A stretch of DNA of 60,584 nt, counting the filler, from Barthelona sp. PAP020 (lineage: Eukaryota), in NCBI GenBank assembly GCA_040182905.1. It is 3 parts of 3 records of this genome, joined end to end, with 100 filler letters (N's around TTAATTAATTAA, not from the genome) between each part and the next. Parts side by side here need not be neighbours in the genome. Positions count along the whole stretch, not along the records: positions 20,315 to 40,456 come from JARQWU010000193.1; positions 40,557 to 60,584 come from JARQWU010000195.1; 1 more part is not named here. One strand, given 5' to 3'. The notes beneath the pieces were generated by a model, which did no database searches, was not told the origin of the DNA, and saw only the letters and a program-made list of their open reading frames with translations. This document shows positions 32,101 to 43,157 of this stretch, piece by piece. The translations under genes and the position numbers were made by a program. How positions within the stretch are numbered: position 1 is the first letter of the stretch; every line of letters starts with the position of its first letter.

Positions 32101-34860
32101 TGCATTGTGTACGAATATATAACACATAATGTTGTTATGAATGTGTTTTTGGAGTTAAATAACCAAAATCATAGCTATAGTGGTCTATTTTACATATCTG
32201 AAGGTGTTTATATTGTCAAAATGAATTCAAATAGTAATGTTAAGAAAGTATATTTCCAAATGTTGAGAAACACTTCACAATTGTTCAACATAGATTTTTT
32301 CTTTAATGGGGTATTTTGTCCTTATTTGTTTTCAAATATTGAAGATGGTTCTTGTTTGTTCGAATCGAATATTTTTTCATTTGTTAGCATAGACAAAGTT
32401 GCCAATTATAGTGCCGACACTGATCGTTGGGTCATTAAAGATTGGGTTGAAACGCAGGTTCTCCTGTTATCCACTGATAAAAGTATAAATGCAAAGCACA
32501 TTAATATTGAATTTATTGGGATAAACGCCGATTATCCATACAATCTACTATTCTTTGCTTTGGGTAGTAGTTATAGTGAGTTTTCTATTGGAGATTTTAC
32601 ACATTCAAAAATTTCGTATGAGCTTTTTTCTAACAGGCTATTAATCTTAGGAACTCAAAAAAGTGTGTTGACCATACCTTCTGATTCTTTTGTTCACAGT
32701 ATTACATTATACAATGGAGATAATGATTATTTGTACACACCTAGTTATTCTATCAAAGGATTATCTAATTTTTATGGAAGAAATGATTCTCTTTTGATTG
32801 ATTTAAGGGTTTGTATGTCTGACAGTGACTGTTTTGAACAAACCAAATTCAATCAGTTATTTTATCCATTGATGATGTCAGATAAGGGAATAATTAATTT
32901 AAGACCCAGTTATTACATTGACTTTGATTATTCTTACATATTACAGATAGATAAGTATAATGAGGGAATTTTGCTAAATAATGACCTGTATTTCTTTTCC
33001 ATCAAAATCAATTGTGAAAAACTTTTTTCTACAACAACACGTGATTTAGTTATTTTATTTGAATCAAAAGTTGATCTTCAATTGACTGTATTTGAAGGAA
33101 CTATGTCTGATTCTGTTGATTATATTTCTAAAACTTATGATTTTGTTTGTAAAGAAGGTGACAGTTCTTTTGAATCAGTTGTTTTGAGAAATAATCAACA
33201 AAGCGAACTTGTTGTTGTATTTGGGTTTTCAAAGAGTTCTTTTGATTCTGTTTCTTTTCAAAACGATCATTTTTTATTCCTAGAAGCAATTTTCTTACCT
33301 CAACATACCATTGATTTTTCAGACTTGAGTTCTTTTTCTTTCAACATTGTTGCAAAATACAAGATTGAATTTTTAAGAGCTTCAATTGATTCTTCTATTT
33401 ACAATATTACTTTTATCTGTGCAAATCCTCTTGATTCTACAGCACAACAAAATATCAGGATATTTGTATATGACAAACATTTCGTCACTTTAACTTGTTT
33501 CCAATCGTTTTTATTCAATCATGAGTATTTCTATCTCACAACATTATCTGATTCAATAATAGGGGGAAGCTTAACCTTTAAAACGATGGAGAATTATCGA
33601 ACTATCAAGTCAAATGCTGATGTTCCAATTATGGATGTTGATCAAACATTATATTTGAAATTCATTCCTAATGAAGAACTTAACTCTTTCAAACCGATTT
33701 TTTCCTCGAATTTTTTGGACAGTTACCGTCTTTTTTTATATGTGATGTCTCCTGGCTATAAATCCAATGATTACATGACCTTCTCAAGTAACAGTTATTA
33801 TAAGTTGAATAGTCACACTTATGTATTAAGAAGATCAAATAATACTTGTATTACCAATGTTCTGAATGCATACAATATGATTGAATTCTTTGTTGAGTCT
33901 TCTAATCGTTCTTATGAGTTATATGATGTGAATAAGGTTTATCTAACTCCAATTCTTTTCTTCTCCTTCGCACCAATTCAATATTTATCAGTTGAGTCAT
34001 CCTCCGCATATAACTGGATTCATTTTTGTAATTATGATGCAAGCAATACAGATTATTTGTATTTTTTGACATCTTCAAAAAGTGCAAAAGTTTTTCCCTT
34101 TTTTGAAGAAGCTCTATATGTTGAACCTTTAGATGAATATTCTTTGGATGATCAACTTCCTTCAAACTTAGAAGACATATATTATGTCTATCAAATGCAA
34201 TTCGAGTCAACCAATTCAGATATTCCAGATTACGAATTTCCAAGCACTAAGCTGGTTCATAACTATTTTGCCATTTCTGAATATTCTCTTTTCAATTTCA
34301 CCAAGATAAACGGTTTGCTGATCTTGGAAATTCCTGGCTGCAAGCCAGATATCAATTTTAAAAGTTTCAGTCTGAACTTTTGTTTCAATGAAAATCATTG
34401 CATCTTACATGAAAAAAGGCATTTGGATAAATTGTACATTTATAAAATTGACTTGAATAGCACTGTTTTTGATACAACAAAAAGTTATTTAACAATACAA
34501 TCAGAAGAAACTCGAAAAGTTAGATTTCAAAAAATTTCGTTTCAACTGTTAAATTATCAAAATATTGAAATTTGTGATATCTTCGATGAAAATAGTTGCA
34601 AATCTACCATTCAATCCATTCAATTTTTTTTGTTTGCATATAAGTATTTTTTAATTGTAGTTTGCATTCTTTTACCGTTGATTTGCATCTGTTTATTTTT
34701 TGCCTTTTGTTTTAAGCATAAAAAAGATGATTTATACGAATTGGATCAATTAAAAACTGTTGTTGAATTTGAACAACAATTTAGTGATGACCATTTTCTC
34801 ATTTCAACTGATGATAAACAGTTTTTACATGATGAAGATAACAACGATATTTTTTTGTAA
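29128..34860 (+). CDS. Large (1910 aa) orphan type I membrane protein
   Basis: Signal-peptide-like N-terminus, uninterrupted 5.7 kb ORF, C-terminal TM YFLIVVCILLPLICICLFFAFCF followed by KHKK and an acidic tail. Confidence 0.8.
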   Translation: MNLSIHLILLCLSLLAIVINVEVDIDPHCINAKTQNADVMFSYSKLFQLHVAADTLNNVTFSFPIKLDVGTSIQFFSSYQSDNIRYYCDDEVPLLMNSKNRILIDDCYKSFTVCINVPNEYFEIKFFAGIHMSRCFDSFRFFSEFETFFFLIHDTPLTGNDTFVMPQFEYIDCKLELYMHNMEVVKEGFSPYLFEDCKKDSLHKYCELYLFGLDNEDFETQYTFNILDEFNFLHMRIIPFDEIYLPSNSNPLVDISNAADKILHLTDKHANGVTLTVRLTENFYFYSILNISCIFSLTDDSECNCTQKWMKTLPFIEPLFIPSSGLNLESNLFEDSWFIVHTEGLFLKDFNTNARLIYLNETYDFLTGVGDFGRMQFFLTTISSDDLKIQFLFRKPGDYENSVPVNLNVHTINTIYPFMCISMMKFIQFTVTSTYLTNQPIGWFYKSSISGKYIRSFDNNLVPVDSIIDFDHPDPFPSVIPVDKTDNGYFVTEVSTTMLHNYYEVTIKARTLLSVLNLVESDKLNGCLVELTTDENLPRIIHCFNPESSSTVFYVEEDTNFLIYGFIAIYCERISEKIRIRENYQTFAELSMRTLTEFKNSYIFPYFPIDFVFDRSVLWYRLVDVAMVSDCTQEVVFLIDNKNASLLAELNLSERTFLTFKANYQCNITVENSTSIVQFTTDSIIDLYVGTNVKITILPDPSLKTDFALSLSEDKRVNDESLGNFNRILSTKENSLTEFIFKFPFYVDDSVYVVSIIDVFNSFKVISTCKLIDSNKYEFVPNYWGEFLLYFTNDLYIECNTSFDINSIDTFIVALNLRRFDSFVSTSTYPVPRSIDSDFDITFMLLFNFITSSKLYEVMSSYFSPEDFSNNYLIFFDPTNGCIIDSKYSVDRGYNWFIIDSTLPYIKLQSTEECFSSEKIMVTFVNSYSFQLLSNSSVDGSNEDWNVSDEKDRMLLTQFVKPFVISTQYSGFLSFHILDKVIESDKNLFIECIVYEYITHNVVMNVFLELNNQNHSYSGLFYISEGVYIVKMNSNSNVKKVYFQMLRNTSQLFNIDFFFNGVFCPYLFSNIEDGSCLFESNIFSFVSIDKVANYSADTDRWVIKDWVETQVLLLSTDKSINAKHINIEFIGINADYPYNLLFFALGSSYSEFSIGDFTHSKISYELFSNRLLILGTQKSVLTIPSDSFVHSITLYNGDNDYLYTPSYSIKGLSNFYGRNDSLLIDLRVCMSDSDCFEQTKFNQLFYPLMMSDKGIINLRPSYYIDFDYSYILQIDKYNEGILLNNDLYFFSIKINCEKLFSTTTRDLVILFESKVDLQLTVFEGTMSDSVDYISKTYDFVCKEGDSSFESVVLRNNQQSELVVVFGFSKSSFDSVSFQNDHFLFLEAIFLPQHTIDFSDLSSFSFNIVAKYKIEFLRASIDSSIYNITFICANPLDSTAQQNIRIFVYDKHFVTLTCFQSFLFNHEYFYLTTLSDSIIGGSLTFKTMENYRTIKSNADVPIMDVDQTLYLKFIPNEELNSFKPIFSSNFLDSYRLFLYVMSPGYKSNDYMTFSSNSYYKLNSHTYVLRRSNNTCITNVLNAYNMIEFFVESSNRSYELYDVNKVYLTPILFFSFAPIQYLSVESSSAYNWIHFCNYDASNTDYLYFLTSSKSAKVFPFFEEALYVEPLDEYSLDDQLPSNLEDIYYVYQMQFESTNSDIPDYEFPSTKLVHNYFAISEYSLFNFTKINGLLILEIPGCKPDINFKSFSLNFCFNENHCILHEKRHLDKLYIYKIDLNSTVFDTTKSYLTIQSEETRKVRFQKISFQLLNYQNIEICDIFDENSCKSTIQSIQFFLFAYKYFLIVVCILLPLICICLFFAFCFKHKKDDLYELDQLKTVVEFEQQFSDDHFLISTDDKQFLHDEDNNDIFL

Positions 34861-35364
34861 AACTGAAAACAATTGGTTTTTCTTTCACTCAAATATTCAT
34901 TAGTCAAGTACATTGTTCTCTTTTATCAATATTTTTCTTTTTCTTTTCAATTCTTGAAATTTTCTTTTCTCCAAGAATTTTTTGAATAAAAACTATTTTT
35001 AGCCATGTCATTATATGCGTAAACTTTTTAAAAACTATTGGTTTTGATTGCAATAAAATTCTTCCTTAATGAAAACTCTTTTGCTCAATTTTCTGTTAAT
35101 ATTAAATATATCATTGTTTATAAATTAATTCTGTTTTTGTTTTAAATAAAAACATGATGATGAATACATTTTTAGACAAAAATTCTGTCCTGTCTATTTG
35201 TTACAACCTTTTTAGTTCTCACAAATACAGGTTTTAATTACTTATTTGACAGTTTAAATGTTTTCAAGAAGTGTTAAGCATATTGAAAATGTCAAAAAGA
35301 AACCTTCCATTTTTTTTATCAAAATTCTTTTTTATTTTGTTAATATAGTTTTATATTAAACACA

Positions 35365-36699
35365 ATGTTTCCAACAAAAAATGTAGGAATACATCATATA
35401 GATTTTTATGTTCCATCTTATTTCATTGACCAATCTGATTTGGAAAATCATCAAGGAGTGTCAGTTGGTAAGTACACAAAAGGATTAGGACAAGAACAGA
35501 TGTCTTTTTGTCCTGATTATGAAGATATTAATTCTATTTGTTTAACTGTTATGGAACAATTATTAAGTAAAACTAAAGTGAGTTATTCTGATATTGGTTT
35601 CTTAGAAGTTGGTACTGAGACTTTGGTTGATAAATCTAAATCAGTTAAAACAGTGCTTATGGAGTTATTCAAAGAGAGCGGTAATTTTGATGTTTTAGGT
35701 TGTGATACTACGAATGCATGTTATGGAGGAACCAATGCATTATTTCATGCTGTTGATTGGTGCTATTCAAATTCATATGATGGTAGATATGCTTTAGTTA
35801 TTGCTGCTGATATAGCAGTATATGCAGAACCATCTACAAAACCTACTGGAGGTGCTGGAGCGGTTGCTATGTTGATTAAACCTGATGCTCCTTTGGTTTT
35901 GGAACCCATTCGAAGTAGTTATTCAGTGAATGCATGGGATTTTTACAAACCAAAAATGGATTCAGAATATCCGTTTGTTGATGGCAAATTATCAATTGAA
36001 TGTTATTTAAGAGCTGTAGATTATTGCTATGAGGGATATTTGCGTAAAGCATCAAAAAACACAAATGACGTTGGGTTGAATTCTTTTGAAACTATTTCTT
36101 TCCACACTCCATTCAACAAAATGATACAAAAGGCATTAGGTAGATTATATTTTAAGGAATTTCAAAGACTTGATATTTTAAAAGATAACTGTATTCTATG
36201 TGATTTTGCTGACATTGATTTGGAGGATAGTTACAAGAACCAAGCATTGTTGAAAGAATTTACCAATTATGTGATGAATGAAGAAACTGGGATATATGAA
36301 TCAAAGGTGAAATCAACTGAAACTTTAGCAAAAAGATGTGGAAATATGTACTGTGCTTCATTGTATGGTGGTTTATGTTCTACATTATTTAATCGTGAGT
36401 ATAATGTTGGGGATAGACTTTTATGTTTTAGTTATGGGTCAGGTATTGTTGCAACGATGTTTTCTTTTGTTGTTAACGATGATTTGACAGATTTGACAAA
36501 AAATTTAAACCTTGTCCATAGATTGGATAACAGAATTTATAAAACTTGTGAAGAATTTGATCAAATTTTACAAAAACGTGAAGGAAATGCCTTTAAATTG
36601 AACTTTATTTCAGATTTTGATGGATTAGATCATTTAATAGATGGAGCTTATTATCTTGCTGAAATTCAGAACGGGAAAAGAGTTTATTCAAAGAAATAA
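35365..36699 (+). CDS. HMGS: Hydroxymethylglutaryl-CoA synthase (mevalonate pathway)
   Basis: GKYTKGLGQ, LEVGTETLVDKSKSVKT, NACYGGT (catalytic Cys), FHTPF, GNMYCASLY, FSYGSG. Confidence 0.97.
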   Translation: MFPTKNVGIHHIDFYVPSYFIDQSDLENHQGVSVGKYTKGLGQEQMSFCPDYEDINSICLTVMEQLLSKTKVSYSDIGFLEVGTETLVDKSKSVKTVLMELFKESGNFDVLGCDTTNACYGGTNALFHAVDWCYSNSYDGRYALVIAADIAVYAEPSTKPTGGAGAVAMLIKPDAPLVLEPIRSSYSVNAWDFYKPKMDSEYPFVDGKLSIECYLRAVDYCYEGYLRKASKNTNDVGLNSFETISFHTPFNKMIQKALGRLYFKEFQRLDILKDNCILCDFADIDLEDSYKNQALLKEFTNYVMNEETGIYESKVKSTETLAKRCGNMYCASLYGGLCSTLFNREYNVGDRLLCFSYGSGIVATMFSFVVNDDLTDLTKNLNLVHRLDNRIYKTCEEFDQILQKREGNAFKLNFISDFDGLDHLIDGAYYLAEIQNGKRVYSKK

Positions 36700-36905
36700 A
36701 TATGAGCTATTATTCTGTTTTTATTTTTATTTTATGGATCTTTTGGTATTTTTTACCACAGCACAATAGATTTTTGGTTTTTGATTATTCTTTAACATCA
36801 CAGTTTTGATGATAAAAAATATTTTTTGTAAAATAAATTTTTGAAGAATCTGACTAGAATGTTTCTTACAAATTTTTTTTTTCCTTTATTATCCATGAAA
36901 ATGAA

Positions 36906-39900
36906 ATGAGCACAAACTCAAAATCAGATAGTTTTTGCACAAAATGTGAGAATATTATCAAAGAAATTCTCAAAGTGAAACATGACCAACACACTGATGA
37001 AACATTGATTTTTGTATTTCTTTTAAAATATTTGAAAGATTTTTCAAATAACTCAAATTTAATTCAAGATGGAATGAATTATTTTAAGAATTCTGTTATC
37101 GTTGGCAAAGGAAGAGAATTTTATGAAAATATTTTATATTCTGATGTGATAAAGAGTGATGATATTCAATTTGAGTTAATTCAAAATTTTATTACATTGT
37201 CTAAATATGTTGATTTTGATAGGATTACCCATGAATTAAAAGAATTTGAAAACTTTCTTTTAGATGAGAACAATAAACAAAAACTTGAAATGTTGAAATA
37301 TTTGAACGAACAAATGATCACTTCCAATATTCATATAAAAAATAGAGTTGATTCATATGAGAGATTTTTAATTCTATTTGAAGTTTTCAAAAGTCCAGAA
37401 AAACTTATTGTTTTTGAAAATGAACAACAGATTAGGGATTCATTTACTGTTGAACTTGATTCTTTAACCTTTTTGGTTGAAAAATGGCAACTGAAAAAAA
37501 AAAAGAGAGTTGATTTGAAACAAGGATTCAAGAATTGGGAAATAGAGCACAAAAGTCGGGTATTCTTCTCACAAAAAGGTTTATTTCAAAAATTATGTCT
37601 GCTTAGTTACAATGATGCTATTTTCAAGGAGTTAGTTGATAGTTGCCAATTCCAAAGCACTAAAGAAGCCATGACACAAAAATTTGTGGATATAACTATG
37701 AATGCAAGACTTGAAAATGATTGGAAATTTCTCACAAATATACCTGGATGTATTTCAATTCCAGAAAATAAACAACAGAAAACCTACAAGATCACCAGCC
37801 TGTCTAAGATTGATAGTGTTCCACTTGAAGAATATCAAAGAATTGTGGCTCAAGCAGAAAATATTCATAATATATTGCAATCTGCAGATGTTTTTGCCAA
37901 AAAGCTTTGGCAACAACAACCTGACAAAGCATCACCAAATCTCTTTTCACTATTTGCAGTCAGATCAAAACAAGAGGGTTTAGAAGACATATATATAACC
38001 GGAAACCACTATAGAGCTTTAACGGGAATAGAACTTTCAAAATTTGTTAATCCCGTTTGGTTCAAAGGCAAGACCGTTGAAAATTTTCAAACGTTTTCAC
38101 AATTTAACTCATTGGAAGAAATAAAGAATGAAGTGGGAAAAGGCTTTCGTTTTGCTGTTAAAAATGGAGAAATTAAGCATTTTATTACAAACGTATCAGC
38201 TTCTGTTGAAAAAAGAAAGATTACTTTGACATATTCACCCAATTCTTCAAATTCTGAAAGCAATACAGTAGTTGTTGATAAAAGTATAAACGTTGATGAT
38301 GTTATTGATATAAGAACAGACAGCATTTTACCAAATTGGTATGTGTACAATTTTTTAAAAAATATTGATGAAAGTTTTGAGGTAGTTTTATCTGACAGTA
38401 CTCGTAAGAACTTTGAAGGTTCTCCTAACTCATTGTTTGTATCAAAAAGAGCTTGCGTTATCTTAGCCTCATCAAATCTTGATTTTTGGAGGTTGGTGAT
38501 GATTCTTTGTGCTTGTGGGTATTTGGGAGAAAAAGAAAAGTTGTACCATATTCATTCCAATAGGACAAAGAGTCTTTTTAAAAGAACTCTTTCAGAAAAT
38601 TTTTCTAAATATCCTGATTTTCATTTTTCAAGATTTGGGATTGATAAGGGCTATTTTCCTGTTTTTGAAAAAAGTTTTCTTTCAGAATCGATTGAATGGA
38701 GTTTTGAACCAATCCCGCCAAAATTTACATTAAAAGATGATATTGGTAGTAAAATTTTTAAAATTTATGATACATTTAACAATATTGAGATCAAAAAAAC
38801 GGATAATTTGAAAAGCAATTTGAATTTTATGTTAGAGAGTCAAAGAATTGGGAAACCGTTATATCTCTATGGAATAGCAGGTACTTCTAAAACGTTTGCC
38901 TTTAATATTTTGAGTTTTTATATAAATCAGGGAAACTTTTCAAAAGTTAATCAATCTTTAACCTTTCTTTGCACACCTCATTCAACTATTGATCAGATAA
39001 TCATTTTTTTGTATAAATGTTACAAATTAAACTGTGTTGTTCTCTTTGATGATAGTCATTTATTGAAGAGGGACGTATTTTTATATTGTCTTTATTGGGT
39101 GTATAGATTCAATGTTTGGAGTGTTTTTACTTCAAATTATTCCCCAGAAGATTTTTTAGCCCAACATAATATTGAACGGTTTGATATGAAACAGCAAATG
39201 TGTTGTCGAGAGTCTTTATTCAATGATAAAGACCGAAAATTATTATTTGGAGAATATTTTGAGACTTTGGGAGATTTGGACTTAAGATTAATTGGTATTA
39301 GACCAATAATGGATTTTCGTAGTTTGATTCAGCATGGTATGTCCGATGAAATCGCCAAATTCGTATTTAATCCAAATATCGATGCTGAAACGTTTGATTT
39401 GGCCACACAATTTGGTGTTGAAATGTGGAATATAAACAAAGAAAAAAACTCAAGAAGAACAATTGGTGGTGGTGATAAGAAGCAAAGGCAAATTGCCATT
39501 ATTTGTGATGACTTTGATTGGGTGATTCTATTGTTGAAACAAACATTTTTCTCCAAACAAAGAGGCAGAGATGATTTCACATTTGATGCCCTGAAAAATG
39601 GGGATTATGAAAAAATGTTTAAAAGTCTTAAATCTGAGGGAAACACTCTTTTGGTCGAAAATTTCAATCGAATTGAAGGTAGGTTTAGGTCTGTTTTGAA
39701 TAACGATATATATGATGTGCCAAATGGCTTTCAAGTGTTTTTGCCTTCAAATACTGGAATTGAAGTCAAAAAAATTGCCAAAGATGTTTCGTTATTTTGT
39801 TATTTTACTACAAATCAATGGAAATGTTATGATGATGCAGCGCAGAGTCGACTTACTCCATTATTTTTATCAACAGAATCAATAATGGCTATTCTTTTGA

Positions 39901-40456
39901 ATCAATGTCCAAATATGAATGATTACAAAAAAAAAAAGGCAATTAATATATACAGTACTTTGAAACAAGCTTTGAAAGGCGCATCATCAAGTTATTTGTT
40001 CAATTTGATAATTTCAAATGAGTCTTTTGATGAAAATGAAATTCTTGCCAATTTGTCAATGGATTGTGTGTATCATTTATGGGAAAAATTAGATAAAGAT
40101 AAGAAACTGCGCTTTTGTGAGTATCTCAAACAAATAGATGAAGATTTTCAACTTGATGTTATTTCCTTTGCAAGAGATGAGCTTTTAAGACAATTGTTTG
40201 ACAGAGTGCGTATCACATGGAATGAATTATATTTGGACTCTAACGATTCAGAATTCAATGAAAATAATTTAATATTGCTTGCTTTGATGAATAACGATTC
40301 TTTTTTTGAAAGTTTTAAGAAATTTTTTAATTCTTTTGTTCAAAAATTTGGTGGAAATGATTCTCAAAGAAATAATATTTTGGTTCTATTAAAAGAAAGT
40401 GCAATTCATTTCTATTACAAGGAACTAAAAATTGAAAATACCATTAGGAGGTCAGG
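36906..40456 (+). CDS. 3'-partial large AAA+ ATPase, RNF213/mysterin-like
   Basis: PLYLYGIAGTSKT (Walker A), FLCTPHST, VVLFDD (Walker B), SVFTSNY and a second degenerate AAA unit; the ORF runs into the contig end. Confidence 0.72.
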
Positions 40457-40556
40457 NNNNNNNNNNNNNNNNNNNNNNNNNNNNNNNNNNNNNNNNNNNN
40501 TTAATTAATTAANNNNNNNNNNNNNNNNNNNNNNNNNNNNNNNNNNNNNNNNNNNN
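40457..40556. other. Artificial contig spacer (N44-TTAATTAATTAA-N44)
   Basis: Same linker as at 20215-20314. Confidence 0.98.
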
Positions 40557-40558
40557 AA

Positions 40559-40807
40559 TTACGTCAAAATGCTAAATTAACCCCTATTGATGCTATTAAA
40601 GTTTATTTCACATTTGAATCCTTTGAAAACACTGAAGAAGATTTTGTCAATGAAGAGACAATGAACAAGGTTTTGGCAGAATTAAGTGAAGTTGAAAAAA
40701 TCGTTGGAGGTGAAATTGTTGTTAATCAAATGATTGATAATTTGTTGGCTCAAGATGAAGATATGCTCGCAGGCCGTAAGACTTATTTGGGATTGATGAA
40801 ATTGTGA
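40559..40807 (+). CDS. 5'-partial gene, probable C-terminus of cytosolic isoleucyl-tRNA synthetase
   Basis: Open frame from the contig start: LRQNAKLTPIDAIKVYF...LMKL*, resembling the eukaryotic IleRS C-terminal QKLRKKxxLxPTDxIxVYY. Not in the ORF track. Confidence 0.55.
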   Translation, partial: LRQNAKLTPIDAIKVYFTFESFENTEEDFVNEETMNKVLAELSEVEKIVGGEIVVNQMIDNLLAQDEDMLAGRKTYLGLMKL

Positions 40808-41022
40808 TTTTGAGCAGTATAAATAAATAGTGGTTGCGTTCTATTTTTTTTGTTCAGCTAAACATTAAAGCACCATTGAGAAGGCAAAGGAGTGAAATTT
40901 GGTTATGATTTGTAAATGAGAATTTTAAAGTCGAAATATCTTCCAATTTTTTGGATTTTTAAAAGGCAAAATTTGCAAAAATTTACCAATCAATCGGACT
41001 TTGAAAAGCTTTAATCAAAATA

Positions 41023-43140
41023 TTGGTCCAGTTGTGAAATAGTTTTGTTTACAGAGAAAATAATCAGAAAACTCATTCAAATAGATTTCAGTCAAAACCC
41101 CTAGAGAGGAATTGAGGGACTGAAATGTAATTTTAACAATCAACCATGATAATTTCTGAAAAATTCTTCATTCTTATTTTATATTAAGCAAAAGCAAATT
41201 TCAAAGTTTAAACTTCACCTTAGAGAATCTAAAGTTTAACAGATCAATCAGACCTCCAATGGCTTTAGCAAAATAAATATTATTGCCATTTTATCATTCA
41301 TACACACTGTCCTTCTTGATAGTAAATCAAAGGTTCTGACACTTTTTGATTGATATTGCAGTCAAAATTTCTGTTGAATCAAAAGAGTAAAAGCAGACAA
41401 CAATCAATCCATATTCCCTAATCATATGATCAAAGTTACTGCCTTTGGTTTGAAGCAATAGGAATAATGAAGATATGAAAGTATTTATCTACAAGTATTT
41501 CACTACTACCCAGTCAAAGCTAACTAATTGTGGATAGGAGTTCAACTACAATAAGCACAGATAGCACGATATAGATTTCCCTTCGGTTGATATTCCGAAG
41601 AGAAACTGAGCTCACTTCAAAAGTTCACTGTTTGATTATCAATAACAAAATTGGAGGGTTTATAAAACGTAGGTTACACTTTGATCCAAACACTGCAAAA
41701 ATATGAATAGAAAGCTGTGATATAAAGTTGGGTGTTTTCAGTATCATTTTTGTGTAATAATTTATCGATAGGATTGTGTTTTGTGAAGTCAATTTTGTTA
41801 AAAGGAAAAAGCATTGGATCAATTGTAGAAGGGCTGGAGAATTTGTACAATTTTGGAATGACCTTCGTCTGTGGCAATATCCATTGGTGTCCATTTTTGT
41901 TGAAATTTGAGATTTACATCGGCTCCATGATCTAACAGAAGTTTGACTATGTCAAGGTGACCATTTTGACAACTGATGAACAATGGAGAAGTACCATTGT
42001 GATTGCACAAATTAATATCAGCTCCATGATCCAAGAGCATTTTAACAACATCAAGATGACCATTGTAGCAACTGACATATAATGGAGAAAAACCATCCTT
42101 CATACACACATTAGCATCAACGCCATGGTCTAAGAGCATTTTGGCAACATCAAGATGACCTTTTAATATTTTCTGTTCTTGTTGTGTTGGACTCCAACAA
42201 TAGGTATCGTAATCTTAAGAAAGGATAAAGGATAAAAATGGTCTGATACTTTGGTCCAATAGTGACATAAACTTATTTGCAGTGAAAGGAAACACAAAGA
42301 TTCGCTTCAGAAAATTTCAGCTAAAAACTCAGGGCAGGGCTTGAGGAATCCAAAAGTGTTCGTAGCAAAGCGGACGGATTTCACGTAAAAGACAATATAA
42401 ATGCGTTTAAGGTTTCTTCTTGCAATTTCTGATATTAATGGGTATCAAAATTGAAAAGCTCAAGTAATAATAAACGTAATCGTAAGAATCCAAAGATTAA
42501 GGATATAAGCAAATAAATTAGGTTAACTAGGAATGTCAAAGTCCTACAAAGAGAACATACGTGGAGACATTAAAGTGAATCAAGGGGCTGAAGGAAAGTA
42601 TTACACTTTTCTTTAAATACCCGTCCCATCTAAACCAGAAATATTTCTTCTTTTTTAAGAGTGTTCTGAACCATCCACGCAAAACGACCCAGTTGCAAGT
42701 ACCCCCAAACTCTAACCGAGAACAATAAAGGTCTTTATAAACATTTGTTATTATTGTCGTGTGAATAATATTCTATTGTGGTGATCTAGTTTGTATCTTT
42801 TGGAAAGAACTTCATCTTTATTTCCAAGCCAAGAAGCACTGTGCGTATGAGTGAATAAAAAAAGAATAGTGTTTGCTTGGTTAAAGGCTTTCGAGGCCCG
42901 ATTGATCTGTTGAAAAACTTTAGATTTTCTGAGGTAAAGTTCAAACTTTAAAATTTTTCTTTTGCAAAAATACAAAAAAATAGGAATGAAGAATTTCTCT
43001 GAAATTCTCCTACTTGATCGTTCCAATTACATCTCAGTCCCTCAATTCCCCTCCTGGGATTATGACTGAAATTTGCTAGAATGAGTTTTTTGAGTTTACT
43101 TTCTTTGTAAACAAATATAGTTGTTTCACAACTGGACCAA
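41023..43140. mobile_element. Putative non-autonomous DNA transposon with about 300 bp imperfect inverted repeats and a captured ankyrin fragment
   Basis: 41023-41318 (ttggtccagttgtgaaa...) is the imperfect reverse complement of 42830-43140 (...tttcacaactggaccaa); no transposase ORF; no clear target-site duplication. Confidence 0.6.
41819..42162 (-). pseudogene. 5'-truncated ankyrin-repeat gene fragment (about 3.5 repeats)
   Basis: GHLDVAKMLLDHGVDAN...GFSPLYVSCYNGHLDVVKMLLDHGADIN...; it begins mid-repeat with unrelated sequence and an in-frame stop upstream. Confidence 0.75.
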
Positions 43141-43157
43141 ATTAATAAAAAATCTTA

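Noticed and set aside
42751..43026. 91 aa ORF inside the inverted-repeat arm
   Set aside because: Non-ATG start, no transposase motifs, and indels in the other arm break the frame.
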